DNA of 64,000 bases from the NCBI GenBank assembly GCA_963703225.1, contig OY969801.1, positions 3,059,863 to 3,123,862 of the forward strand, given 5' to 3'. The stretch is from Candidatus Eiseniibacteriota bacterium (GTDB lineage Bacteria; Eisenbacteria; RBG-16-71-46; SZUA-252). Every line of letters starts with the position of its first letter. Positions within the stretch are counted from its first letter, which is position 1. Below, in pieces: positions 39,852 through 54,300 of the stretch. A program made the position numbers and the translations under genes. The notes beneath the pieces are model-generated. The model made no database searches. It had not been told where the DNA came from and worked only from the letters and a program-made list of their open reading frames with translations.

Positions 39852-42278
39852 TTACTGCGCAGCGGCCGCCAGCTTTGCCGACGCTTCCTCGGCAGCCTTC
39901 TGGTCCGCGGCGGCGACCTTGGCCTCGCCGAGGTCGATGACGAATTTGTTCAGCGTCCCGGTGAACCGGAACGGCATCTTGCTCGCGTAGTCCTCGACCA
40001 CGGGCGTACCGGTGTCTTCGCCCACGTCAAAGGTCTCGTCGAGAGAGAAGCGGTTTGGAATGGTGCGCTCGATGCGCCCCTGGGCGACTTGCTTGCCGTC
40101 CACCGTGAGCGTACCGAGCCCTCCCTTACCTCTCCCCTCACCGTCGTACTTGAAGTCGAAATGGATCGTGTGTTCGCCGGGTGCGATTCGCTGTGTCGAA
40201 GCGATCCGGTACTTGTGCTGCGGCTGATTGGAGAACGCGTGAATGAATTCCGGCCTGCCGTCCATCATCAGAAGGCCCCAGCCGCCGAACCGCCCGCCCT
40301 GGGTCGCGATGACCCCGCTTGCTCCACCAGCCGGGATCTCCACCTCCGCCGTCATGCTGTACGAGGTGTTCTTCACGTTCGGCGTCGTGCCCTCGGGAAT
40401 GCGGATCATGCCGGGGTAATAGGTGAACTCGGTCCGGCCGCGCGTAAGGCTCGGGCGGATCGCCGGATCGACGCGCGCGATGAACGACGCGTCAAGCGGG
40501 TAGACATCGTACTTCTTGGCCTCGGTGTCGAACACCGCCTGCAGCTCCTTGAGCTTCGCGGGGTTCTCCGCCGCCAAATCCTTCGACTCCGAGAAATCCT
40601 CCGCCACGTGGTAGAGCTCCCACTTGAAGTCGTCGGGGCTCGATTCCGTCCCCGCCATCCAGGGCAGGCGCATGGGGGTCGTGCACGCCACCCACCCATC
40701 GTGGTAGACGGCGCGGTTCGCGAGCATCTCGAAGTATTGAGTGGTATGCGCCGAGGGGGCGTCGGCCTTGTCAAAGGCGTAGACCATGCTGACGCCTTCG
40801 ACCGGCTTCTGCCCGACGCCGTTCATCACGTCCGGAAACGGGATCCCGGTCGCCTCGCAGATGGTCGGCACGATGTCGATCACGTGGTGAAACTGGGACC
40901 GGATCTCGCCCTTGGCCTTGATCCGCTCGGGCCACGAGATGACGAGCCCGTTTCGCGTGCCGCCAAAGTGGGACGCCACCTGCTTGGTCCACTGAAAGGG
41001 CGTGCACATCGCGTGCGCCCAGCCGACCGGATAGTGGTTGTAGGTCGTCGGGCCTCCGAGCTGATCCATGACGGAGGTGAGATACGCCTCACTCTCCACG
41101 ACCCCGTTCGCCGCCACGCCGACTTCATTGCTGAGACCCTGCAGGGTCCCCTCGGCGCTCGCGCCGTTGTCTCCTTGGATGAAGATGATGAGTGTGTTGT
41201 CCAGCTCGCCCGTCTCCTTGACGGCGTCGATGACGCGGCCGATCTCATGGTCGCAGTGAGCCAGCGCCGCGGCGTACACCTCCATCATGTGCGCGTAGAG
41301 CTTCTTCTGAGCGGGCGTGAGCGAATCCCAAGCGGGAATCTCCTTGGGCCGCGGCGTCAGCACGGTGTTCTCCGGAGCGATGCCCATCTTCTTCTGCCGC
41401 TCGAGGGTCTCCTCTCGCACTTTATCCCAGCCTTGGTCGAACTGCCCCTTGAACTTGGCGATCCAGTCCTTTGGCGCGTGGTGCGGAGCGTGCGCGGTGC
41501 CGGTGGTGTAGTAGGCGAAGAAGGGCTTGTTTGGCGCCATCGCGTTCTGCGTGCGGATCCAGTTGATCGCGTGGTCGGCCATCAATTCATCGAAGTGCTT
41601 TGGATTCGGGCCGAGCTGTTCCTCCGCCTCGACCGGGCGCGTGTTCTCGAAGATCGCGGAGTGCCATTGGTCGGTGTCGCCGCCGATGAAGCCGTAGAAG
41701 TAGTCAAACCCGAGACCCGTCGGCCAGAGGTCGAACGGACCGGCCTGGCTGGTCTGCCAGTCGGGAACGTTGTGGTTCTTGCCGTACCAGGACGTGCTGT
41801 AGCCATTCTCCCGGAGCACTTCTCCAATGGTGCCGCAGCTCTTCGACATCAGCGAGGTGTAGCCGGGGTAGCCCGTTGCCATCTCCGTGATGACGCCGGT
41901 GGCGCATGAATGATGGTTACGTCCCGTGATCAGCGCGGCCCGCGTCGGAGAGCAAAGGGCCGTGGTGTGGAATTGGTTGAAGCGCAGCCCGTTTGCCGCC
42001 AGCGCATCCAGCGTCGGAGTGGGAATCGGTCCGCCGAACGGCGATGAAGCCCCAAATCCCACGTCGTCCGTCATGATGAGGAGGACATTGGGCGCACCCT
42101 TCGGCGCCTCGGTGGGTTTCGGGAAGTCGGGCTTCGAGTCCTTTACCGTCCTCTCGATGGTGCCCGCGAACTTCTCTTCCGCCCGCGGGAGAATCGATTG
42201 CCCGCTCTTGGCGCATCCCGTGAGCACGAATGCCCAGGATAGGAGCAGCGGCATCAAGGCATTCAGCTTTCGCGACAT
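39852..42278 (-). CDS. Arylsulfatase (type I), lipoprotein, paralogue of 10097..12469
   Basis: PNVLLIMTDDVG, ALCSPTRAALITGR, TAHAPH, GDNG; lipobox LTGC; SD GGAGG before ATG 42278. Confidence 0.93.
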   Translation of the reverse strand: MSRKLNALMPLLLSWAFVLTGCAKSGQSILPRAEEKFAGTIERTVKDSKPDFPKPTEAPKGAPNVLLIMTDDVGFGASSPFGGPIPTPTLDALAANGLRFNQFHTTALCSPTRAALITGRNHHSCATGVITEMATGYPGYTSLMSKSCGTIGEVLRENGYSTSWYGKNHNVPDWQTSQAGPFDLWPTGLGFDYFYGFIGGDTDQWHSAIFENTRPVEAEEQLGPNPKHFDELMADHAINWIRTQNAMAPNKPFFAYYTTGTAHAPHHAPKDWIAKFKGQFDQGWDKVREETLERQKKMGIAPENTVLTPRPKEIPAWDSLTPAQKKLYAHMMEVYAAALAHCDHEIGRVIDAVKETGELDNTLIIFIQGDNGASAEGTLQGLSNEVGVAANGVVESEAYLTSVMDQLGGPTTYNHYPVGWAHAMCTPFQWTKQVASHFGGTRNGLVISWPERIKAKGEIRSQFHHVIDIVPTICEATGIPFPDVMNGVGQKPVEGVSMVYAFDKADAPSAHTTQYFEMLANRAVYHDGWVACTTPMRLPWMAGTESSPDDFKWELYHVAEDFSESKDLAAENPAKLKELQAVFDTEAKKYDVYPLDASFIARVDPAIRPSLTRGRTEFTYYPGMIRIPEGTTPNVKNTSYSMTAEVEIPAGGASGVIATQGGRFGGWGLLMMDGRPEFIHAFSNQPQHKYRIASTQRIAPGEHTIHFDFKYDGEGRGKGGLGTLTVDGKQVAQGRIERTIPNRFSLDETFDVGEDTGTPVVEDYASKMPFRFTGTLNKFVIDLGEAKVAAADQKAAEEASAKLAAAAQ

Positions 42279-42320
42279 CTCACTGCCTCCGTGGTTCAAC
42301 TGCACCCATTTCGCCGGCTC

Positions 42321-43134
42321 CTAGAAGTGGAAGCCGATGCCCAGCTCGGGACCGAACGTGACCATGTCGTACTTGAATTCGTCGTTTCCGGTGCCGGTCT
42401 TGTAGTCCATGCCGAAGGCCCGGTAGGACAGGCCGACGTCGAGATCGCTCTCCGCGTGGTAGCAAAGGACCGGATAGACCTGCCAGGCGAAGTCGGATCC
42501 GATCCCGAATCCGCCGACGTTTCCCGTGAGCGTGAGCCCCCACTTCGGCGACTTGAGGACCTCCACGCGCGCCCCCACCGTCGGATCCACCCAGGTCTTG
42601 CTGTCATGGTTGTCGACGGCGATCGGGCCGGTCGTCTCGAGCCCGGCGCTCAGGTGGTTCAGCGTGGCTCCGATCGATGCTTCAAGCCTGGGCCCAACCC
42701 GGCGATAGACCGTCGCCATGTAGCCCGACTGCTTCATGTCGACGTTGTAGGTCCCGAGGGCCGTGAATCCGTCCTGCCCGAGGTCCATGTAGAGAATGTC
42801 GAGCCCGAACGCCAGCGGGCCCTTCCGCGCCTCCGAGTAGATCATGAAGCCGAAGTCGATGTGATCGAAGATGTCGTCGGGGCTCGCGCTCACGTCCAAC
42901 GTGACGGGGCCGACGCCGGTCGTCCCGTCCATGTTCGGGGCGAGGAAATAGGGAGCGATGAGGTAGGTCCACTTCTCGCCGCCAGAGGCGGGCGCGCTGT
43001 TCGCGGCTACGGTGCCCGCGGTCCGCAGCGGCGCCCGCCGTGTCAGGCGGCGCCGACATCATCTGCGCGTGGGCGGTCGAAGCGAGCCCGACGACGAGGA
43101 GTGTGGCCAGGATGACGCGCAACGCTGCTCTCAT
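42321..43134 (-). CDS. Outer-membrane beta-barrel protein upstream of the sulfatase, apparent indel near 42990
   Basis: Signal peptide in the 42682..43134 frame; WVDPTVGAR, GGFGIGSDFAWQ, terminal GPELGIGFHF. Confidence 0.75.
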
Positions 43135-43151
43135 ACTTCCTCCCTGAATGA

Positions 43152-43814
43152 TTACGCCCGCCGCCGCTTCCCGTTCGTCGACGGCTTCGCGTGCAAGGCG
43201 TTGATGGCGAAGGCGAGGCTCTCCAGCTCGATGGATAGATTGACCGTGCGAAGTGCGACAGACGGGGGAATTTGGATACGCCTGTGAGCGAAGTTCAAGA
43301 TACCACGCATCCCGGCGGCGACCAAGCGTTCTGCCACCGACTGGGCCGCGCGCGCCGGGACCGCGATCACGCCGATCTCCAATCCGAGCCGCGCTGCCTC
43401 TTCTCCAAGATCGTCAACGTGCCGGATGGTGAGGTCGCGCCATCGTTGTCCCACACGGTCGGGACTCACGTCGAACACCCCGACGATGTCGAATCCCTGG
43501 CGGCGGAATTCCTTGTAGGAGTAAAGCGCCGAGCCGATGTTCCCGGCCCCGACCAGCGCCACTTTCCACCGGCGGTTGAGCCCCAGGATGAGGCGGATTT
43601 CCTTGCGGAGGCGGGAAACGCCGTAGCCGAGGCCGCGCTTCCCGAAATTCCCGAAGTAGGAGAGGTCTTTCCGAACCTGGGCGGAGGTGACGCCGCTCTG
43701 GTGGGCTAGTCCCTGCGAGGAGATCGTGCCGAGTCCGTCGGATTCCAGCTCTTCCAGGACTCGGTAGTATCCGGACAGCCTGCGGATCGTTGACGCGGAA
43801 ATGCGCGGGTCCAG
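43152..43814 (-). CDS. rex: Redox-sensing transcriptional repressor Rex
   Basis: Frame extends upstream of the track call: TIRRLSGYYR, ISS..LA, TSAQVRKDLSYFG.FGKRGLGY, VGAGNIG, GILNFA; apparent CTG start at 43814. Confidence 0.93.
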   Translation of the reverse strand: MDPRISASTIRRLSGYYRVLEELESDGLGTISSQGLAHQSGVTSAQVRKDLSYFGNFGKRGLGYGVSRLRKEIRLILGLNRRWKVALVGAGNIGSALYSYKEFRRQGFDIVGVFDVSPDRVGQRWRDLTIRHVDDLGEEAARLGLEIGVIAVPARAAQSVAERLVAAGMRGILNFAHRRIQIPPSVALRTVNLSIELESLAFAINALHAKPSTNGKRRRA

Positions 43815-46260
<2,446 letters not shown>

Positions 46261-46262
46261 CG

Positions 46263-48191
<1,929 letters not shown>

Positions 48192-48208
<17 letters not shown>

Positions 48209-48536
48209 TCCCCGATCCCTCCTTGCAGCGCATCGGCGTCAACCGGATCGCGCGGAGCCTCACTTCGGCCGGGAGCTTCGCGTTGATCTCTTCCATGATT
48301 CCCTGGCGGAGGATGGCGAGATGGCCCATCCAGACCGCGCCCTGCACTTCCACGAGCAGCTCGCCGTCGCGCACGCCCACGGGGCGCGTGCGCTTCGCCA
48401 CCTCCGGGCCCACCAGCTCCTGCCACAGCTCCGTCGCCTGCGACGCTGCGAGGTGCTCGTCGAGCTTGAGGGTCGCGAGGACCTCGTCGAGTACCAATGA
48501 GAGAGGCTCGAGATATCTGCGACCAGTCGATCTCAT
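48192..48536 (-). CDS. DUF721/DciA-family protein
   Basis: [15 protein letters not shown]....GELLVEV..AVW pattern; canonical position between recF and gyrB. Confidence 0.8.
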
Positions 48537-49678
48537 GCGGCGCCTCGTGTGGTTGCGGTGCTGCGGCCCCCGGCTCCACGCCCAGCTGCCCCCACCGCCA
48601 ACGATTCGATCTCAATCACCCGGTAGCGGGTTGGCATCTCCGAGAGCGGCCGGCACGCCGTCACCACCGCCTGGCTCGTCTCCGGCACCAGCTCGAGCAG
48701 CCGCCCGATCCACCGCGGATCCAGCTCCGACTCGGGGTCGTCGAGGAAGACCACCGGCGGCTCTTCCAGCCGCGCGTCGAGCACCCGCGCGAGCGCGAGG
48801 CGAAGCAGGATCGAGTAGAGCCGCGACTCGCCGCGCGAGGCGCCGTCGACCAGCTCCTAGCCCGCCGATCCGGCAGCCCACGGCCGCGCGATGCGGGCCC
48901 TGCGGTCGTCCAGCCAAGACGGCGGTCGCGTTTCCGCGCGACTCGAGCTGCGCCATGCGCTGATCGGCGTCGGCCGCCCCTTCCGGCCCGCTCCCCTCCA
49001 TCCCCACATACTCCAACCCCGGCTGCAAGCGTTGGGTCGAGCCCCTCCGCCAACTCGCGAAGGACGCGATCCAACTCCGCGGTCAATTCCCCGCGCCGCC
49101 GGTCCAGCTCCGCGCCCGAGCGGGCCAGGATCTCTTCCCAGGCCGACAACTCGCGGTCGTCCACTTCTCCCTGCTCCGCCAGCAATCGATTCCGCTGCTT
49201 CAACGCCGCCATGTAGTCCCGCAGGTGCCCCACGTAGGCCGGCTCCAGCTGGCAGAGCGCGACGTCCAGAAACCGCCGCCTTCCCGCCGGCGCCCCGTTG
49301 AGCGACGCCACGTCCTCCACCGAGAAGTGAACCGTCGGGAAGCGGCCGAGCAAGTCGGCCAATCGCGGCAGCGCCTCGCCGTCCACCAGAACCTCCCGTG
49401 GGCCCCCGCGCCGAACCCCGAGCCACCACTTCGCTCCTCACCCCGGCACGTCCCTCCACCACACCGCGCACCTCGAAGCCGTCCTCGCCGCGTCGCAGGA
49501 GATCCCGATCCCGCGCGCCCCGGAAGGAGCGCCCGATCGAGAGCAGCACCGCCCCCTCGATCCAGTTGGTCTTCCCCGAGCCGTTCTCCCCCAGGAGGAG
49601 CGTCGGCTCGCCGTCGAGCGGCGCCAGCGCCTCCCGGTGGTTTCGGAAATCCCTCAGCTCGAGCGACAGGAGCCGCAC
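48533..49678 (-). CDS. recF: DNA replication/repair protein RecF (several apparent indels)
   Basis: DFRN, GENGSGKTN, RRRFLD, ALKQRN.LL, SRGE, PVVFLDDPESELD across frames. Confidence 0.88.
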
Positions 49679-49688
49679 GCGAGCGCGA

Positions 49689-50850
49689 TCAGCCTGCGAG
49701 TCGGAGCGGCATCACGAGGCAGAGGAGGTCCTCCTGCGGCGGCGCGCCCTTCGCCTCGTCTTTGGGCGCGGGAATGACGAGCCCCGCAGTGACCGGCGTG
49801 TTGAGTTGGATGACCACTTCGTCGGAATCGATGGTGCGCAAGATGTCGAGGAAGTAGTTCGCGTTGTATCCGATGTCGAGATCGTCGGCGGTGTACTTGA
49901 CGTCGATCTCTTCCGTCGCCTCCCCCTGGTCCGGGGTCTGCGACGACGAGCTTGAGCTTGTTGTTGGTGATCGAGAACTTGACCTGGCGCGTGAGGCTGT
50001 CCGAGAAGATCGAGACGCGGTCGAGCGCCTGCGCCAGCTCGTCGCTCTTCGCGCGGAGGATCTTCGTGTTCTGCTTCGGCAGCACCTGCTCGTAGTTCGG
50101 GAACGGGCCCTCGATCAGCTTCGTCGTGAGCGTCGTGGTGCCGAACGTGAATCGCGCGTGATTCTTGGAAAGCTCGATCCGCACCGGATCGCCGTTGTCC
50201 GAGAAGAGCCGCAGTAGGTGATTCAGCGCCTTGAGCGGGATGATGATGTCGCCCTTGAGTGGGCTCTTGGACGCGGCGGGGTGCTTGAGGCCAGCGCGTG
50301 CGAGGCGGTGCCCGTCGGTTGCGACGAGGCGAATCTCGCCGTCTGAAATCTGGAACAGTGCGCCGTTCAGCGCTGGCCGCGTTTCGTCTGTGGAGACCGC
50401 GTAGATCGAGCGGCGGATCATTCGCTCGAAGAGTTTCGACTCGACGGTCATCGTGAAGTCGGGCGTCACGTTGATGCGCGCCGGGAATTCTTCGGGACGG
50501 ATGCAGAGGAACTTGAAGCGCCCCGTCTTGCTCACGACGTTCAGCGTGAGATCTTTCGATTCCAGCTTCAGCTCTTCCTTGGGAAGCTTGCGCACCAGCT
50601 CGAAGAGTCGCTTCGCCGGAACCGTGAGCGAGCCCTCGCCCGTGATGTCGGCGGTCGCGCGCGTGGCGATCGCGAGATCGAGGTCGGTGGCCGTCATCTG
50701 GATCGATCCTTCCTTCGCTTCGAGCAGGATGTTCGAGAGAACCGGAAGGGTTGTTCTGCTCGGAACGGCGCTCGAAACGAGCGTCAGAGCCTGAAGAATT
50801 TCGGTCTGTGCGACGGATAGTTTGAGAGCCACGTCCTGAGCGATGACCAT
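49689..50850 (-). CDS. dnaN: DNA polymerase III beta sliding clamp (apparent indel ~49940)
   Basis: LPVLSNILL, ATDLD, DETRPALNG, VATDGHRL, LIEGPFPNYEQV, C-terminal CLVMPLRL. Confidence 0.95.
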
Positions 50851-50985
50851 AGTCCGTTAATCCTTTGAACGGTTTGGGGTTGCGGTCGGTTCGGGGGTGG
50901 CTATTTCGTCCTTCTGGAGTATAGGTGGAAGGGGGTCAAATCACAACAGGGAAACGGGGTTTTTTCGAGGGTCGCTCTGGGGCGG

Positions 50986-51106
50986 TTATCCCCATGTAAG
51001 GGGTTGCCTACGAAACAGCTAGTTCCTTGAATAGTAGTACTAGTAGTAGGGGCTGGGGATATGTGGGTGGTGTGGGTTGGAGAGGGTCTAAGTCATTATT
51101 GTCAAT
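50986..51106 (-). other. Putative oriC basal unwinding region (DnaA-box-like 9-mers, GC tract, DnaA-trios)
   Basis: Minus strand CAACCCACA-CCACCCACA-TATCCCCAG-CCCC-TACTACTAGTACTACTAT; TTATCCCCA at 50986-50994; AT-rich tract at 51089-51110; directly upstream of dnaN. Confidence 0.75.
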
Positions 51107-51391
51107 TGAAATGCCCCGTTTTGGGCTGCCTACTAACGGTGTTCCTTTGCTCGGGACAACGCGCCAGCCATAGACACGAAGCTGTGTGGCCGCACTCTGA
51201 GTGGCTCTGGTGCACAGCCCGTCCCCCTGCGTCTGGCCCCTACATCTCTCTCCCGGCGGGCCGTGAAGAAGGGCACCGCCGCGTTCTGGTTGAACATCGG
51301 CTTCCGGGTTCGGTGAGCGCTTGTCCGTGTCCGTGACCGGAAGAGAAAGCTTTTCGTGGCGGTCGGTGTGAAGTACTAGGCGATCATTTCG

Positions 51392-54300
51392 CTAAGTGAT
51401 CGCCAGGAATTTGAGCACCGCATTCCGATCCAGTAGGTCGTGGTAGGTCTGGTTAGCGTAATCCTTGAGGCAGTCGTAGCAGGCCCTGTCGCAGTCACAT
51501 TCAGAGCATACTGCCCTTGCTTCAGCTACCAGTCGCTCCCAGTTCTCATAGCCTTCCTTGGTGAATCCAGATCCGCCGGGAGTTCGATCATAGAGAATCA
51601 CTTCCACTCCAGCACTCGCGGCACTTCGTTTCGTGAGCCAACGCCAAGAAACTCCGATGTCGCTGGATTCGACCTGAAGCACCTTGGAGAGACCCTTCTG
51701 CAATGCGAAAGCCACCGACTCAACGGATCCTGGGAGAATCCAGGGCCGCGCTACCAGGCAGTAGCTCGAGAATTCATGGCCAAAGGCCAACCGATTGGTC
51801 CATGGCTTGTGGTTTGTGCAGACAATCTCCCCTGAGAGTTTCCGCAATCGACTGTGTGGCTTCCCTGGACGGTAGGTTCGGAGTGGCTCGCCGTAACCGC
51901 ATGTGTGGCAGAGGACGAAGCCCTTGTTCTCTGGGCCGAGGTTGTACCGGAACAGCTTACCAGACTCGAGCAAGGCCACCCTGAACAGGCCCCAATCTCT
52001 GAAGCCCTCATCCGGGACGTTGTCGATGAAGTGCGTCAGAGCCTGCCGCTGGCGGACGAGGGTGCTCCGTCGATGTCGGGTCCCCCCGCTACCGGCTCCA
52101 TCCACCCTGATGCTGAACGCCGTTGGCGACACAAATGGGTTGATCTCCTGTCTTCCAAGGGACTTTCCACAGACCGAACATTGGCCCATGAGCCCGTCGG
52201 CCAAGTCACCAGTGCGAATCTGCCCGCAGCCGGGGCACAGCGAATACCACCGACGATCGGGAGCGTCCAGCTTGCTAAGCACGTAAAGGCCAGCACTCGT
52301 AAACACTTTCTTGTGCGCAACGACCTGCGCTCCGGGCGCAAATTCGGCGATCGCGATTCCTCGATCTCGACTGAGCTCTACATCCACATCCCGTGACCAA
52401 CGAGTTCTTCCCGTTTCCAGGCTGACAACGTCGAGAGGGAAAGCATAGCGCGGCAGGAACGCCCTTCTCGCGAGAGTGCCGATAACGTCATTCCCAAGGA
52501 GGTTTCTGGCTGCCTGCTCGATGTCCCCTGTTGGCTGACCTTTCTTGAAAAGGCTAGCCCGCTCGTCCAAAAGCGCATCTAGCTCCGAAGCTATCTGCCT
52601 TACGGTTTCCCTATACTGCGCGCACGCTCCATCAACGCCGGAGGCGAATCCCGAAACTGCATCCAGCAGTGAACGTCCGCCTCCGGTCCTGACGAGTTCG
52701 TCCTCGCGCCTACCCTGAATCCACTCTGGAAAGTCCAGGAACAGACCAGTGGGCCGAACGCGTCTCCACTCTTCCGGGAGACGCTCTCTCGAAGCAGGGG
52801 GAATGAACGCCTCAAGCCGGATCCGTTGGGATAGTTCGCCCAGGGCACCCTCCCTAAGCAGTCGCGTTCGAAGGAACGCGGTGAATGCAACCGCGTTAAA
52901 GTGCCGTTGGGCAATTATCGAGTTCGCGGTGAAGACCGCAGGCGGCCTGACGCTTCCCGACATCAGGCGCGCGGGATCCGCCCATGAATCTGCGTCGTAC
53001 TTCGTCCTGCGGCACAACGTGACGCACACAGAGTTCCTTTCCTCCCCTCTCCCCGTGCGGCCCACACGTTGGACATAACTTGCCCCTGTGGGAGGAGCGT
53101 TCCTCAGAAGGACCTTTTGAAGGTCGCCGATATTTAGCCCGAGTTCAAAGGTGGTAGTGCTACTCAGCACATCAATTCCCTGTGCTCGGAAATCCTCCTC
53201 GATTGCCGCGGCTAGGTCCTTACTGATTTGGGCCGTATGCTCCTCGGACCTAATGGTGCCAAGCCCCTTCGGTCCAGTACCGGCGACCCAATTTGCTACG
53301 ATGTTCTCCTCGGACGGTTTGAAAGGGGAGACGACGAGCCGCCCTGAGCAGCCCTTTCGCGGGCAGCACGCCCTGGCAGAAAATGTCGTGACAGCGCTGC
53401 ACCGATCACATACGAAGCGCGATCGCGGTTGTGAGACGATCAGTCTCTCGTGGTCGAGCTTCCACCGCCCCCTGGTCTCCACCAGAATCGCGCGCGACGT
53501 CAAACACTCCCAAATGCTCTTCGCGACAAGGATCGCTCCCTCTGGGCTCACCCGAAGGAGCCGCGCTAAGTAGTTAGTAATGTAATTGTCGCGCCAGGCT
53601 CCCCCCTTCGGGATCCATCCCTTCAGGTTCAACGCATCGTTCGATTCGAGGGAGTACCCAATGTCCGCGGTGACGCGGCCGAAGGCTGGGGTGTCTTGGC
53701 CGACCCTGCCCTTTGGCAAGGTCATCGCCTTGTGGTGGCGCATGAAGGTCAGCATGACCTGCACTGCTTGCGCAGACTCCTCCATCGCCAGGCCTTGCTG
53801 ACCAACTGCGGCGTGGAGCGCTGAAGCATCGCCATTGTCGATCCGGTAGGCTGGACCAACGAGCCCTAGATCCTCGGCTGACTCGCGAGCAGAATCGGGA
53901 ATTCCGAAGTAGCCAAACACCTCGGCGACCCAAAGATCGCGCCTCCGCCGTTCATCCATCTCCTCGTCGGGAAGTCGTGAGGCGGGCAAAAACAGCCGCG
54001 CATCGTACGTGCTAGAGGTAGGGTCCGTCATATCAGCGAGCCGATCGCCCAGTTGTTCGAACGTCATGGGGGCCTTTAAGGCAGTTACGATTCTGACGAT
54101 GGTTCGGCCGAGGTAGTGCGCGAAAGTCTCTTCCTCCAGTAGCGACGGAAATGCGGCGGCCCGCTGCCGGTGGTCCGTGAAGCAGAGAAGCTTACGAGAA
54201 TCTGGCCTCCTGGCCACCGGGGGCGAAACCTCAAACTGCGAGAATGGGATAGCGATAGCCAGGCCGGATTCATCGTCAGACTCTTGGAATCGGTGCAAGG

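Noticed and set aside
51110..51391. tRNA or att site at the island's left edge
   Set aside because: No cloverleaf or flanking direct repeat recognised; no rRNA or tRNA seen anywhere in the window
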